A stretch of DNA of 64,000 bases, from positions 2,784,001 through 2,848,000 of the forward strand of contig CBDBZU010000004.1 of the NCBI GenBank assembly GCA_965213625.1, read 5' to 3'. How positions within the stretch are numbered: position 1 is the stretch's first letter; each line of letters starts with the position of its first letter. The position numbers and the translations under genes are program-made. Shown piece after piece: positions 1 to 9,095 of the stretch. The stretch comes from a bacterium (GTDB lineage: Bacteria; UBA8248). Under the pieces are notes generated by a model. That model searched no databases. It saw only the letters and a list, made by a program, of their open reading frames with translations, and was not told the origin of the DNA.

Positions 1-1
1 A

Positions 2-700
2 CTCACGGATATCCTTGGTCTGGAAGATCATTTAGGGGATATGGATTTCAAGGTTGGTGGTACGCGCCATGGCATTACTGCCCTTCAAATGGATATCAAA
101 ATCAAAGGCCTGCAATTGAGTCTCGTGAAAGATGCATTGTCACAGGCCAACGATGCGAGAATGCATGTACTTGATCAGATGGATAAAGTGATTTCTCAGC
201 CAAGCGAAGAGATTTCCCCTTACGCGCCGAGGATTATGACGATTCAGGTCTCGAAAGATCGCGTGAGAGATGTGATTGGACCAGGCGGAAAAGTCATTCG
301 TGGAATTGTCGAGGAAACGGGGGCGGATGTCGATATTGAAGATGACGGAACCATCTTCATTTCCTCCACAGATGAGGCGGCTGCTCTCAGGGCGATTGAA
401 ATCATTCGTGAACTGACTCAGGAAGCCGAGAAAGGCACGATTTACCATGGGACAGTCAGAAAAATCATGGATTTTGGAGCATTCGTCGAAATTTTCCCGG
501 GAACGGATGGCCTTTGTCATATCAGCATGATTGCCAAGAAGAGAATTGGTTCAGTGAGTGATGTCTTGAAAGAAGGCCAGAAGGTTTTGGTGAAATGCAT
601 TGAAGTGGAAGGGAATGGGAGAATCCGTCTCTCCATGAAAGATGTGACAGAAGAAGAGTTGCCCGAAGAATGGAAGCAATTCTATGCACCCGTGACTTGA
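2..700 (+). CDS. pnp: Polyribonucleotide nucleotidyltransferase, C-terminal part (5' truncated by the window)
   Basis: Frame is open from position 2 (LTDILGLEDHLGDMDFKVGGT..ITALQMDIK); KH domain (VIGPGGKVIR) and S1 domain (FGAFVEIFPGTDGLCHIS). Confidence 0.97.
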   Translation, partial: LTDILGLEDHLGDMDFKVGGTRHGITALQMDIKIKGLQLSLVKDALSQANDARMHVLDQMDKVISQPSEEISPYAPRIMTIQVSKDRVRDVIGPGGKVIRGIVEETGADVDIEDDGTIFISSTDEAAALRAIEIIRELTQEAEKGTIYHGTVRKIMDFGAFVEIFPGTDGLCHISMIAKKRIGSVSDVLKEGQKVLVKCIEVEGNGRIRLSMKDVTEEELPEEWKQFYAPVT

Positions 701-723
701 TGCTCCCAGGTTTTGATGTGTGC

Positions 724-751
724 ACCGGTCTCCCAGGAGGCCGGTTTTTTT
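724..751 (+). terminator. Rho-independent terminator after pnp
   Basis: ACCGGTCTCC/GGAGGCCGGT stem (one G-U pair) followed by a run of 7 T. Confidence 0.85.
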
Positions 752-837
752 CATCTGCTCTTACAAGAAAGAGAAACAGGTCATTACTTGATTCGGTATC
801 TGTCTAGACAACTTTTCAAGGAAATTCAGAGGGTAAA

Positions 838-1926
838 ATGGACAAAAAAGCATTAGGTGTGGGTGTTGTAGGTTCTGGCAGAATAGGGACCTTGAGAGCA
901 AATCTTGTCTCGCATCATCCGTCTCTTGAATTTTTGGCGGTATCGGACATCGATCAGGAGCGGGCGAAGGAATTGGGGGGCAAGGTAGGCGCCCAACTCG
1001 CTACTGGTAAAAATGAAGAAGTAATTGAACACCCGGACGTCACGACCGTCATCGTATCCACGCCTGAGCATGATCACGCCGATTCCATCATCCATGCCCT
1101 GGAATTGGGCAAGCCTGTGTTGGTGGAAAAACCGATTTCCCTGACCTTGGAAGATGCAGACCGCATACTCTCGGTTGCCGAGAGGACAGGAACTGAACTC
1201 AGGGTAGGTTATGCCCAAAGGTTCAAACGTCGGTACCAGATGGCGAAAGAACAAATTATTCAAGGAAGGCTTGGAGAAATCCTCGCAGGCACGGGTCGAA
1301 CCTGTAACACCCGCGCACAGGGATTACAGATACTGAAGCGCTCCCCGCACGCAACGCCTGTGCTCGACGTGCTCACGTATTGGGTGGATATGGCCTGCTG
1401 GTTCATGGAAGGTCATCGCCCGGTGGAAGTAGTCGCTCGTGGAAACGGCAAAATATATAAAGAACACGGCTATTCGGCGAACGACGTCACCTGGTCTATC
1501 GTCACCTTTGACAATGGGGCTGTAATGAATTTGGGCGTTTTTTACGCCCTGCCCGCGAAATACCCGGCACTCGGCCAAAGCGTGAGGATGGAGATTTACG
1601 GTACGGACGGCGTCTTGATGCTTGATGAAGACCATAAGGATGAGATGCTGTACACCGATAAGGGAATTCCGCACACTTATATACCGGATCATCACATCAA
1701 CACGGCATTTTTAAGCAGTACGACACCTGGTGACTGGGCGGCGGGTGATTATTGGGGTCCTCTGGGTGATGAAACAAGGAGTTGGCTGGATCATGTCATC
1801 AACGGAAGGCCGACAACCCACGCCACTGCCGAGGATGCGCGCCAAACCCTGGAAGTGACGATAGCGATGGAATTGTCTTCTCAAACCGGAGAAGCCGTGC
1901 AATTGCCATTGGGTGAAGGGCATTAA
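838..1926 (+). CDS. Gfo/Idh/MocA family oxidoreductase
   Basis: N-terminal Rossmann motif GVVGSGRIG, then STPEHDH and the VLVEKP motif. Confidence 0.9.
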   Translation: MDKKALGVGVVGSGRIGTLRANLVSHHPSLEFLAVSDIDQERAKELGGKVGAQLATGKNEEVIEHPDVTTVIVSTPEHDHADSIIHALELGKPVLVEKPISLTLEDADRILSVAERTGTELRVGYAQRFKRRYQMAKEQIIQGRLGEILAGTGRTCNTRAQGLQILKRSPHATPVLDVLTYWVDMACWFMEGHRPVEVVARGNGKIYKEHGYSANDVTWSIVTFDNGAVMNLGVFYALPAKYPALGQSVRMEIYGTDGVLMLDEDHKDEMLYTDKGIPHTYIPDHHINTAFLSSTTPGDWAAGDYWGPLGDETRSWLDHVINGRPTTHATAEDARQTLEVTIAMELSSQTGEAVQLPLGEGH

Positions 1927-2053
1927 AGGCAGAACAATACAAACGGGGCGCACCCCTCGTCAGGATAATATGCCCCTAACTATTTGATTTGTTTCCTGTT
2001 TTGCATCCTCGCAAAATACACATTTAATCGTAATCGTGGTCCTGCTATTTCAT

Positions 2054-3055
2054 CTAGGCGTTTGCTTTGATCTCGGAATAATCCTTCGTGTAGTTGGGGG
2101 TCGGGGTTGCTCCTTGTCCTTGAATAATGTGAATTTTCCCTTCGGTGCGGTCGGCATTGCGGAATCCGCGCTGGACACCGGTGGGCACCCAGCAGGCATC
2201 CCATGGATCGAGAACGGCCTGATGGGTTTCCCCGCGCTCGTCAGCCCAATAGACGACCCATCTGCCCTCTAAAGCGATAAAAAGTTCCTCACACGGGTGG
2301 TCATGAAGCGGTGCGCCGCGGCCATTGCCGCATTCCACCATCGCGTATCCAATCTCTCCTTCGGATAGAGATGGCGGTGGGCCCTCTTCCGTATCCCCCG
2401 ATACGCCACCGATATAACGTCTCAGAGAACGTACTCCCTCCGGGAGTTTCGCTTCGTGATAAACGCTCCAGTTGCGAGGACATTCATCAAAACGGACGAA
2501 CTGGGTGGCCGGGTCATAGGCGGGTTTTTTGACGTATGCTTCGGTACGAGCGCCATCCGGCAAACCTTCTTGCAGCGAGTCTGGGTAGACGGGATATTGG
2601 TAGTCACCTTGGCCGTGTATGAAATGAATGAAACCATCTTCTTTCCCGACGTTTCTGAACCCGCGCATGATACCTGAGGGCACGCGGATAAGATCGTATT
2701 TGCCCAGAGTGACGCTTTTGGGAGCATTGGTTTCGAATTCCTCCCAAAATATCTCGAATTCACCTTCCCAGACCATGAAAATCTCTTCATCCGGGTGATC
2801 GTGAAGCGGTGCGCCGTTTTGGGGTGGAGCCATGGCGATTCCGCAGGTGAATTCCCAGCCGGGAAGGGGAGAGCGAAGATTTTGTCCCGAAATACCTCCA
2901 ATGTATCGGTAAATCGCCCGGTGATTCCCCTCCATATTTGATTCATGATATTCCCCCCAATCGGGTATCATTTCACCAAAGCGTATCACTGTAACCGGCG
3001 CAACGGTTGTTTTGGGTCGTGGAGCTTGCTGATTTGAATTATTGGAAGTATTCAT
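2054..3055 (-). CDS. Bicupin protein (two tandem cupin domains)
   Basis: Two homologous halves: GAPLHDHPDEEIF..VPSGIMRGFRN and GAPLHDHPCEELF..VPTGVQRGFRN. Confidence 0.85.
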   Translation of the reverse strand: MNTSNNSNQQAPRPKTTVAPVTVIRFGEMIPDWGEYHESNMEGNHRAIYRYIGGISGQNLRSPLPGWEFTCGIAMAPPQNGAPLHDHPDEEIFMVWEGEFEIFWEEFETNAPKSVTLGKYDLIRVPSGIMRGFRNVGKEDGFIHFIHGQGDYQYPVYPDSLQEGLPDGARTEAYVKKPAYDPATQFVRFDECPRNWSVYHEAKLPEGVRSLRRYIGGVSGDTEEGPPPSLSEGEIGYAMVECGNGRGAPLHDHPCEELFIALEGRWVVYWADERGETHQAVLDPWDACWVPTGVQRGFRNADRTEGKIHIIQGQGATPTPNYTKDYSEIKANA

Positions 3056-3214
3056 TTTTGGTCCCCCTCAATGGTGAGAATTACCACATCTCCAACCACG
3101 CATTTGCTGTAAGTGGTGATTCGGGCGAATATGTTATCACCATCGCAGGAGTATTTCTATCCTGGATTTTCGGGTGATTTGTGAAGAAAAGTTTTATAAA
3201 TCAGAGGGCATCGA

Positions 3215-4891
3215 ATGATTCTAAACATTAGAATATTTGCCATAATTTTCGTGGTTTTGGGGGTTCTCCCAACTTCCGCCATTGGACAATCTGCAGATAT
3301 CGCCCTGGTGAACGGGAAAGTGTTGACGGTCGACGCGAATTTCTCCACTCAACAGGCGGTGGCCATCCAGGGCGACCGAATTGTGTCTGTGGGGGGTGAT
3401 TCCCAGGTAAAGCAACTTATTGAATCCAATACGAAAGTGATTGATCTTCAAAGCAAAACGATGATCCCGGGTCTGATTGACAACCATGTTCATTTTATCC
3501 GTCATGCGTTGCGCTGGGAGCACGAAGCAAGAATCGATGGGGTAACTTCGCGTCAAAAAGCGCTAGACATCATATCCGCCAAGGCGAAGTCGCTGAAACG
3601 TGGTGAGTGGGTGCTCATCATCGGTGGCTGGAGCCCGGATCAATTTCGCGATAAGACGGGGTTGTTTACGAAAGCGGAGTTGGATAGAGCCGCCCCGAAC
3701 AATCCGGTATTCATCCAGCAGTCATACAGACTCATGATCCTGAACAGCTTGGCTCTCAAGAAGGCGGGCATCGATGAGAATTTTGATGCTCCGAGAGGCT
3801 GGCGGATAGCCAGAACGGCATCCGGCGTTCCCACGGGCGTTATTCGTGGTCGTCGGGCCATCTTCCGGTTCTGGCGTCGTGAACTGCCGAAAATTACAGA
3901 CGACAAAACCATATCAGGCCTGAAAAAACTGATGGCGGACTTTAACCGTACTGGCGTGACGAGCGTTTTCGAACTGGGCGGCGGCGGGGTTCGGGACACG
4001 ACTTACAAGATGATCAAGCAAAGACTGGCTGATAACGACGGCCTCACGCTGAGGATATTTCACACACCTCGCTTTCGGGCTCGAACACCTGAGAAAAACA
4101 AGAGAGTTATTCAGAGAATTCGAAACACGCGTCCTGAGAAATCTGCGAAGATGATGGGTAATATTGCGCTTGGCGAGCATATGTATGCACGAATTCACGA
4201 TTCTGCATTCAGGCCGTCTCGATACCCGGATGAGGATTATGCTGAATTTGCAAAGGTTTCCCGGGCGGCGGCGGATGGGGGATGGACGATTCACGAACAT
4301 GCTTTTCGCGATACCACGATTACGCGGTATCTGGATATTTTCGAGAAAATCAATCAGAAAAAGAACATAACGAATCTGCGCTGGTCGATTCATCACGCGG
4401 ATTTCATCTCGAAAAGAAATATCGAGCGCGTGAAAGCGCTCGGGATGACTCTGGCGCTGCACAGCAAGATGACGATTCTGGGCTCCGCACTGAGGCGAAG
4501 GTTGGGGGACCGCGCGCTCTCGCTGCCGCCACTTAGGACAGTTCAGAATAGCGGGGTCATATGGGGACTCGGCACGGACGCCGGCGTCGTGGCCCCTTAT
4601 CCGCCGATGCTTTCCCTGTGGTGGGCCGTGACGGGCATGGATTTGGGCGGGGAGAGGGCGCTTTCGGAGGCCGAAACCGTTTCCAGGAAAAACGCGCTCA
4701 TCGCCCACACGCGTTCGAACGCGTACCTGTTTTTCAAGGAAAATGAACTGGGCTCCATCGAAAAGGGCAAACTCGCGGACCTCGTCGTGCTTGACCGCGA
4801 TTACATGAATATACCTGCAGATCAAATCAAGGACATCAAGCCCTTGCTCACGATGGTCGGGGGAAGGTTGGTGTTCCGGTCGGAAATATGA
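3215..4891 (+). CDS. Exported amidohydrolase family 3 (YtcJ-like) protein
   Basis: Hydrophobic N-terminal signal, MIPGLIDNHVH, GTDA, and C-terminal GSIEKGKLADLVVLDRD. Confidence 0.88.
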   Translation: MILNIRIFAIIFVVLGVLPTSAIGQSADIALVNGKVLTVDANFSTQQAVAIQGDRIVSVGGDSQVKQLIESNTKVIDLQSKTMIPGLIDNHVHFIRHALRWEHEARIDGVTSRQKALDIISAKAKSLKRGEWVLIIGGWSPDQFRDKTGLFTKAELDRAAPNNPVFIQQSYRLMILNSLALKKAGIDENFDAPRGWRIARTASGVPTGVIRGRRAIFRFWRRELPKITDDKTISGLKKLMADFNRTGVTSVFELGGGGVRDTTYKMIKQRLADNDGLTLRIFHTPRFRARTPEKNKRVIQRIRNTRPEKSAKMMGNIALGEHMYARIHDSAFRPSRYPDEDYAEFAKVSRAAADGGWTIHEHAFRDTTITRYLDIFEKINQKKNITNLRWSIHHADFISKRNIERVKALGMTLALHSKMTILGSALRRRLGDRALSLPPLRTVQNSGVIWGLGTDAGVVAPYPPMLSLWWAVTGMDLGGERALSEAETVSRKNALIAHTRSNAYLFFKENELGSIEKGKLADLVVLDRDYMNIPADQIKDIKPLLTMVGGRLVFRSEI

Positions 4892-4962
4892 GTTTTGGGC
4901 TACCTTTGTATCTATTAGATATATCAGAAGTTAAACTCTTTCCTCACGGCATCGAGTAATTG

Positions 4963-4975
4963 AATTTGACGGCAA
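4963..4975 (+). promoter_or_regulatory. Putative Ada box (AAT-N6-GCAA)
   Basis: AAT-TTGACG-GCAA about 80 bp upstream of ada, matching the E. coli A-box/B-box spacing; short motif. Confidence 0.45.
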
Positions 4976-5055
4976 GAATCGGATAGAAGACTCCCGGCGT
5001 GGCGATTACATTGTGGTGAATATGTAATGGCTCATACCTTATGGGAGGCGAGGAA

Positions 5056-6099
5056 ATGAACGCGAACGCTCAGTGGGAAGCGATTCTCAATCGGGACGTG
5101 AATGCTGATGGCCGCTTCGTATACGCCGTTCGCACCACCGGAATCTATTGCCGTCCTTCATGCGCAAGCCGGAAGCCAAATAAAAACAATGTGTTAATCT
5201 TCAAATTCCCGGAAATGGCCGAAGGGCGCGGGTTCAGGCCATGTCTGCGGTGCGTACCGCAGGATGCGGGCTACGATCCGCGACTCGGGAAGGTGAGAGA
5301 TGCCGTTCGCTACATCGAGGAACACGCGGATGAAAACCCGACGCTTGAGGTGTTGGGGCGGGTTGTGGGTGCCAGTCCACATCATCTGCAACGCACCTTC
5401 AAGCGGGCCCTGGGCGTGAGCCCCCGGCAGTATCTCGAATCCCTTAAAGCGCAGAATTACAAGAATTTACTGAAAAACGGACGCGACATCGCAGGCGCAG
5501 GCTATGAGGCAGGGTACGGCTCTAGCAGGGGGGTGTATGAGGGCGCCTCTCGTTATATGGGGATGACGCCGGCCACCTATAAAACGGGTGGAGCAGGCCT
5601 TTCGATACGCTATGGAACCACCAAATGCCGCCTGGGGACTTTGCTGGTGGCGGCTACGGACAGGGGAGTCTGCCGTGTGAGTATCGGGGATACTACCGGC
5701 GAACTCGTATCCGATCTTGAGAACGAATATCCCCATGCGAATCTGAACCGTAGCGATGATGAATTAAAGGAATACTTGATATCTGTCGCGAGCCTCGCCA
5801 AAGGTGATGAACTCTCTGGATCCTTGCCGCTCGATGTGCGAGCCAGCGCGTTTCAGTGCCGCGTGTGGGAGCGGCTTAAATCCATTCCCCTTGGAAATAC
5901 AATGACATACAAGGAGATAGCCGAAGACTTAGGGAATCCCAAAGGCGCGCGGGCGGTAGGGAGCGCATGCGCGCAGAATCCGGTGGCGCTGCTCGTTCCC
6001 TGCCACCGCGTGGTCCGGGGAGACGGCGGTCTCGCGGGCTACCGCTGGGGTGTGGAGCGCAAGAGAAGGCTCCTGGATATGGAGAAGAAACAGAGGTAA
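5056..6099 (+). CDS. ada: Bifunctional Ada transcriptional activator / O6-methylguanine-DNA methyltransferase
   Basis: Zn-binding YCRPSC and RPCLRC, AraC-type HTH region, C-terminal PCHR active site; SD GGAGG before ATG 5056. Confidence 0.95.
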   Translation: MNANAQWEAILNRDVNADGRFVYAVRTTGIYCRPSCASRKPNKNNVLIFKFPEMAEGRGFRPCLRCVPQDAGYDPRLGKVRDAVRYIEEHADENPTLEVLGRVVGASPHHLQRTFKRALGVSPRQYLESLKAQNYKNLLKNGRDIAGAGYEAGYGSSRGVYEGASRYMGMTPATYKTGGAGLSIRYGTTKCRLGTLLVAATDRGVCRVSIGDTTGELVSDLENEYPHANLNRSDDELKEYLISVASLAKGDELSGSLPLDVRASAFQCRVWERLKSIPLGNTMTYKEIAEDLGNPKGARAVGSACAQNPVALLVPCHRVVRGDGGLAGYRWGVERKRRLLDMEKKQR

Positions 6100-6497
6100 T
6101 ATCAATTATTTAGGTGGTATATCCTGATTTTCGTTTTACCCGGAATCCCGCCGGTTTTGCGGACGCAATTCCCCGCATTTGCCTTTGCGCAAAGGCCTCC
6201 CGGGCCGTAGTATATTCACGCTGTTTCTGCGGGTGGAGGATTATCGCCCGCGCACTACCCCGCAACTTCCCGCATTTCCCCTCGGTAATTTATCGAAAAA
6301 CCCCGTGAATTTATCTAATTTTATCGATATTTTCAGAAATTCAGGTGGCAATTTCGAGCCTGCTGCTCACTCGAAATTTGAACCGGACGCACCACGAATA
6401 CAGGTCTCGTTCGGGAGATTTTTCAGGAACTGGATGCAGGCTGCTTGTAGCGCGACCTGTCCTTAGAAATGAGAACCACGGAATCCATCACGAGGGC

Positions 6498-6616
6498 GGG
6501 CGGACACGAGGGACCGCCCCTGCGAAACCATCGCGCACCCTGCCTCCGCCCGCTGAATGGGCAATCCCCCGTGGTTGTCCCTATTCAGGAGGACAGGCGC
6601 AGGGGCCTGTCCCTGC
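6498..6616. repeat. Cluster of three degenerate GTAG-type REP-like palindromes
   Basis: GGGCGGACACGAGGGACCGCCCCTGC (6498-6523), GGGCAATCCCCCGTGGTTGTCCC (about 6559-6581) and GGACAGGCGCAGGGGCCTGTCCCTGC (6591-6616), between the convergent ada and amidohydrolase genes. Confidence 0.65.
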
Positions 6617-6675
6617 ATGCCTGATACGGATTGCGCCCGATGATGGAAATTCCGCCGTGTGATGCAAGCGCCGCC

Positions 6676-8028
6676 TCACCCCCCTGGACGCGTCACGGTG
6701 TTGCCATACCCCGCTCTTCCGGTCACCTCGCCGTCTTCCATCACGACTTCGCCGCGCACGAGCGTCATCACGGGCGCGCCCTTCACGGTCCAGCCGTCGA
6801 ACGGCGTCCACTTGCATTTCGAGACGATGTCGGCATCGCGCAGCGTTTCTTCTTGTTCCATGTCCACGACGATGAAGTCCGCATCCGCGCCCACCTGGAT
6901 GCACCCCTTTCTGGGATAGATGTTGAAGACACGCGCGGGCTGCTCGCAGCAGACGCGCACCATCTGGTTGAGCGTCAGCACACCCTCGCTCACGGCGTTC
7001 AGCATCAGGCGCACCGTCGTCTCCACACCCGGTATCCCGAAAGGCGCATCGTGAATGTTCTCGAGCCCGTCGACTTTCCGCTGGCGGGGGAAGGGGCAGT
7101 GGTCGGTGCCGATGGTGTCCACCATGCCGCGCCCAAGGGCCACGCGCATTCCGTCGCGCGTCTCGGGCGAGCGGATGACCGGCGTGAACTTGACGAACGG
7201 CCCCAGCTCTTCCAGATGCGAATGGTCCAGATAGAAATACTGGGGACAGCTTTCGGCAAAAATCCTGGCTCCGCGCCCGCGCGCTGCCTGAATGGCCTCT
7301 AGCAGTACGGGCTGGCTCACGTGCGCCACCAGCACGGTGCAGCCTGTGAGTTCGGCCAGGGCCACGGCGTCCAGCGTCGCCACGTATTCACTCTCGGGGT
7401 TTCGCCAGTCGCTGATGCACATGTAGTCCGTCCGGTTATCGGCGTCGATTTTCTCTTTTGATTTATTGAGGATGGAATCGCTCTCGCAGTGGAGCATCAC
7501 CGTGGCGCCGAAGGATTTCGCTTCGCGCATGATGTTCAAAAGGACGCCTTCGGACAGGTCGGGCACGCCGTGCAACTCGCACATGAACCCTTTGAAGCCC
7601 AGTGCGCCGCCCTCCCACATGGGGCGCAAGTGCGCGAGGTTGTCGACGTCGAGGCCGCCCAGTTGCCCGAAATCCACCACCGAGCGCGAGTCGATGTAAG
7701 CCGTCTTGTCTTCGAGAATCTCCCGCGTGTAGACGAGCGGCTCGCTCCTGTGGTGGTCGATCACCGTGGTGATGCCGCCCCTTGCCGCCGCCTCGGTGCC
7801 CGTTGTCCAGTCTTCCCGGTCCGTGAAGCCCGGGTCCATCATGTGCACGTGCTCATCCACCATGCCCGGCAGGAGATGGCGGCCCGCTGCGTCGATTTCG
7901 CGCGCGGCGCTGGATTCTGCTTTTTGCGTGATGGCGGAAATCCGCCCCCCCTCCACGTAGACGCAGCCCTCGTAGGTGTCGACCGGCGTCACGATTTTTG
8001 CGTTCTTGATCAAAAGGTCGGCGCTCAT
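6676..8028 (-). CDS. Allantoinase/dihydroorotase-like cyclic amidohydrolase
   Basis: PGMVDEHVH, GTEAAARGGITT, LHCES, VAHVS, ESCPQY, GTDHCP and GADAD motifs. Confidence 0.88.
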   Translation of the reverse strand: MSADLLIKNAKIVTPVDTYEGCVYVEGGRISAITQKAESSAAREIDAAGRHLLPGMVDEHVHMMDPGFTDREDWTTGTEAAARGGITTVIDHHRSEPLVYTREILEDKTAYIDSRSVVDFGQLGGLDVDNLAHLRPMWEGGALGFKGFMCELHGVPDLSEGVLLNIMREAKSFGATVMLHCESDSILNKSKEKIDADNRTDYMCISDWRNPESEYVATLDAVALAELTGCTVLVAHVSQPVLLEAIQAARGRGARIFAESCPQYFYLDHSHLEELGPFVKFTPVIRSPETRDGMRVALGRGMVDTIGTDHCPFPRQRKVDGLENIHDAPFGIPGVETTVRLMLNAVSEGVLTLNQMVRVCCEQPARVFNIYPRKGCIQVGADADFIVVDMEQEETLRDADIVSKCKWTPFDGWTVKGAPVMTLVRGEVVMEDGEVTGRAGYGNTVTRPGG

Positions 8029-8191
8029 GCAATTGCCCTCTCAAGATTTGTCGTTTTTCTGTGAAACTGCGCGTGCTTCGAGAATGGCGGCATTATGACG
8101 CATAAGGGTGTAGGGGTGAAACCCGACTGAAGAAGGAGGGTTGCTCGACATAATAAGACGCAATCGCTCCTTGATCAGTCGCGATCGACCC

Positions 8192-9088
8192 TTAATTCAC
8201 ACCTTTCGCTTTCGGCGCCAGCCCCAGCGCCCGTCTTTTCCGGATGACGCCCGAGAGGCGGTACCATGCCGCGCGGCCGGGGTCGACCCGTGAGCCACGC
8301 TCGATGAGGCGCGAGGCATAGTCCAGCTCCTTGTTCAGGTAGACGAGCAGGGAGGCGAGGTTCAGGAGCACGCCCGTGTCCTTGGGCGATAATTCCTCGG
8401 CCGCCTTGAGTATCTTTTCCGCCTCTTCGTAGCGGTACTGGGAGACCAGGTACTTGGCGTACCTGTTCGAGACGACCGGGTTCTCGGGGTCGAGTCCGCG
8501 GGCTTTGCGATATGCGGCGAGCGTTTCTTCGAGATCACCCGCATCGTCCATCATCTTCGCCAGGGCGAGCCAGGCGTCCACGTTTCCCGGGTTGATTTTC
8601 AGATCATCGCGAATGAGCTTGAGAGCAGCCTCGTCATTTTTTTTCTCAAGGAGTCCTAAGGCGCGCTCGTAATGCGCGCTCGTCGTTTTCTGTAAAATCG
8701 AAAATCCCTCCTCCGACTCGATGATTCTCGACGTCGCCCCGAGTTTCAAATCCTGAACCTCGGCCCGGACGCCGACGCTGAATTCAGAAGGCTCCGCATT
8801 TCGGATGGCTATGGCTTTATCCTTGAACTCGAGGGCCACCTGGCGGAAGGGGATTCCGAGAATGGCGGTCTTGTCATACGCCTCTTTCGCCAGGTCGTAA
8901 GTGGGAAGCGTCAGGACGCGGAAAAAGTGCGGGTCTTCCGCTTTTTTCTCAGGCTTTGGTTTTGGCTGGAGTACGGTCTCCTTCTTCTCTTTGGGAAGAA
9001 AGAGAGCGCGGAAGTTCGCACAGCCCGTCAGCAGCAGAAATGCCGCCGGCGCGACGAAGATTATCCCCAGCCGCCTGTCTCCTCGCAT
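8192..9088 (-). CDS. Lipoprotein with a parvulin/PpiC-like segment and TPR repeats
   Basis: Lipobox LLLTG-C; LKLGATSRIIESEEGFSILQ resembles a rotamase C-terminus; TPR-type repeats (INPGNVDAWLALA, LDPENPVVSNRYA, LSPKDTGVLLNLA). Confidence 0.75.
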   Translation of the reverse strand: MRGDRRLGIIFVAPAAFLLLTGCANFRALFLPKEKKETVLQPKPKPEKKAEDPHFFRVLTLPTYDLAKEAYDKTAILGIPFRQVALEFKDKAIAIRNAEPSEFSVGVRAEVQDLKLGATSRIIESEEGFSILQKTTSAHYERALGLLEKKNDEAALKLIRDDLKINPGNVDAWLALAKMMDDAGDLEETLAAYRKARGLDPENPVVSNRYAKYLVSQYRYEEAEKILKAAEELSPKDTGVLLNLASLLVYLNKELDYASRLIERGSRVDPGRAAWYRLSGVIRKRRALGLAPKAKGVN

Positions 9089-9095
9089 AACTGTG

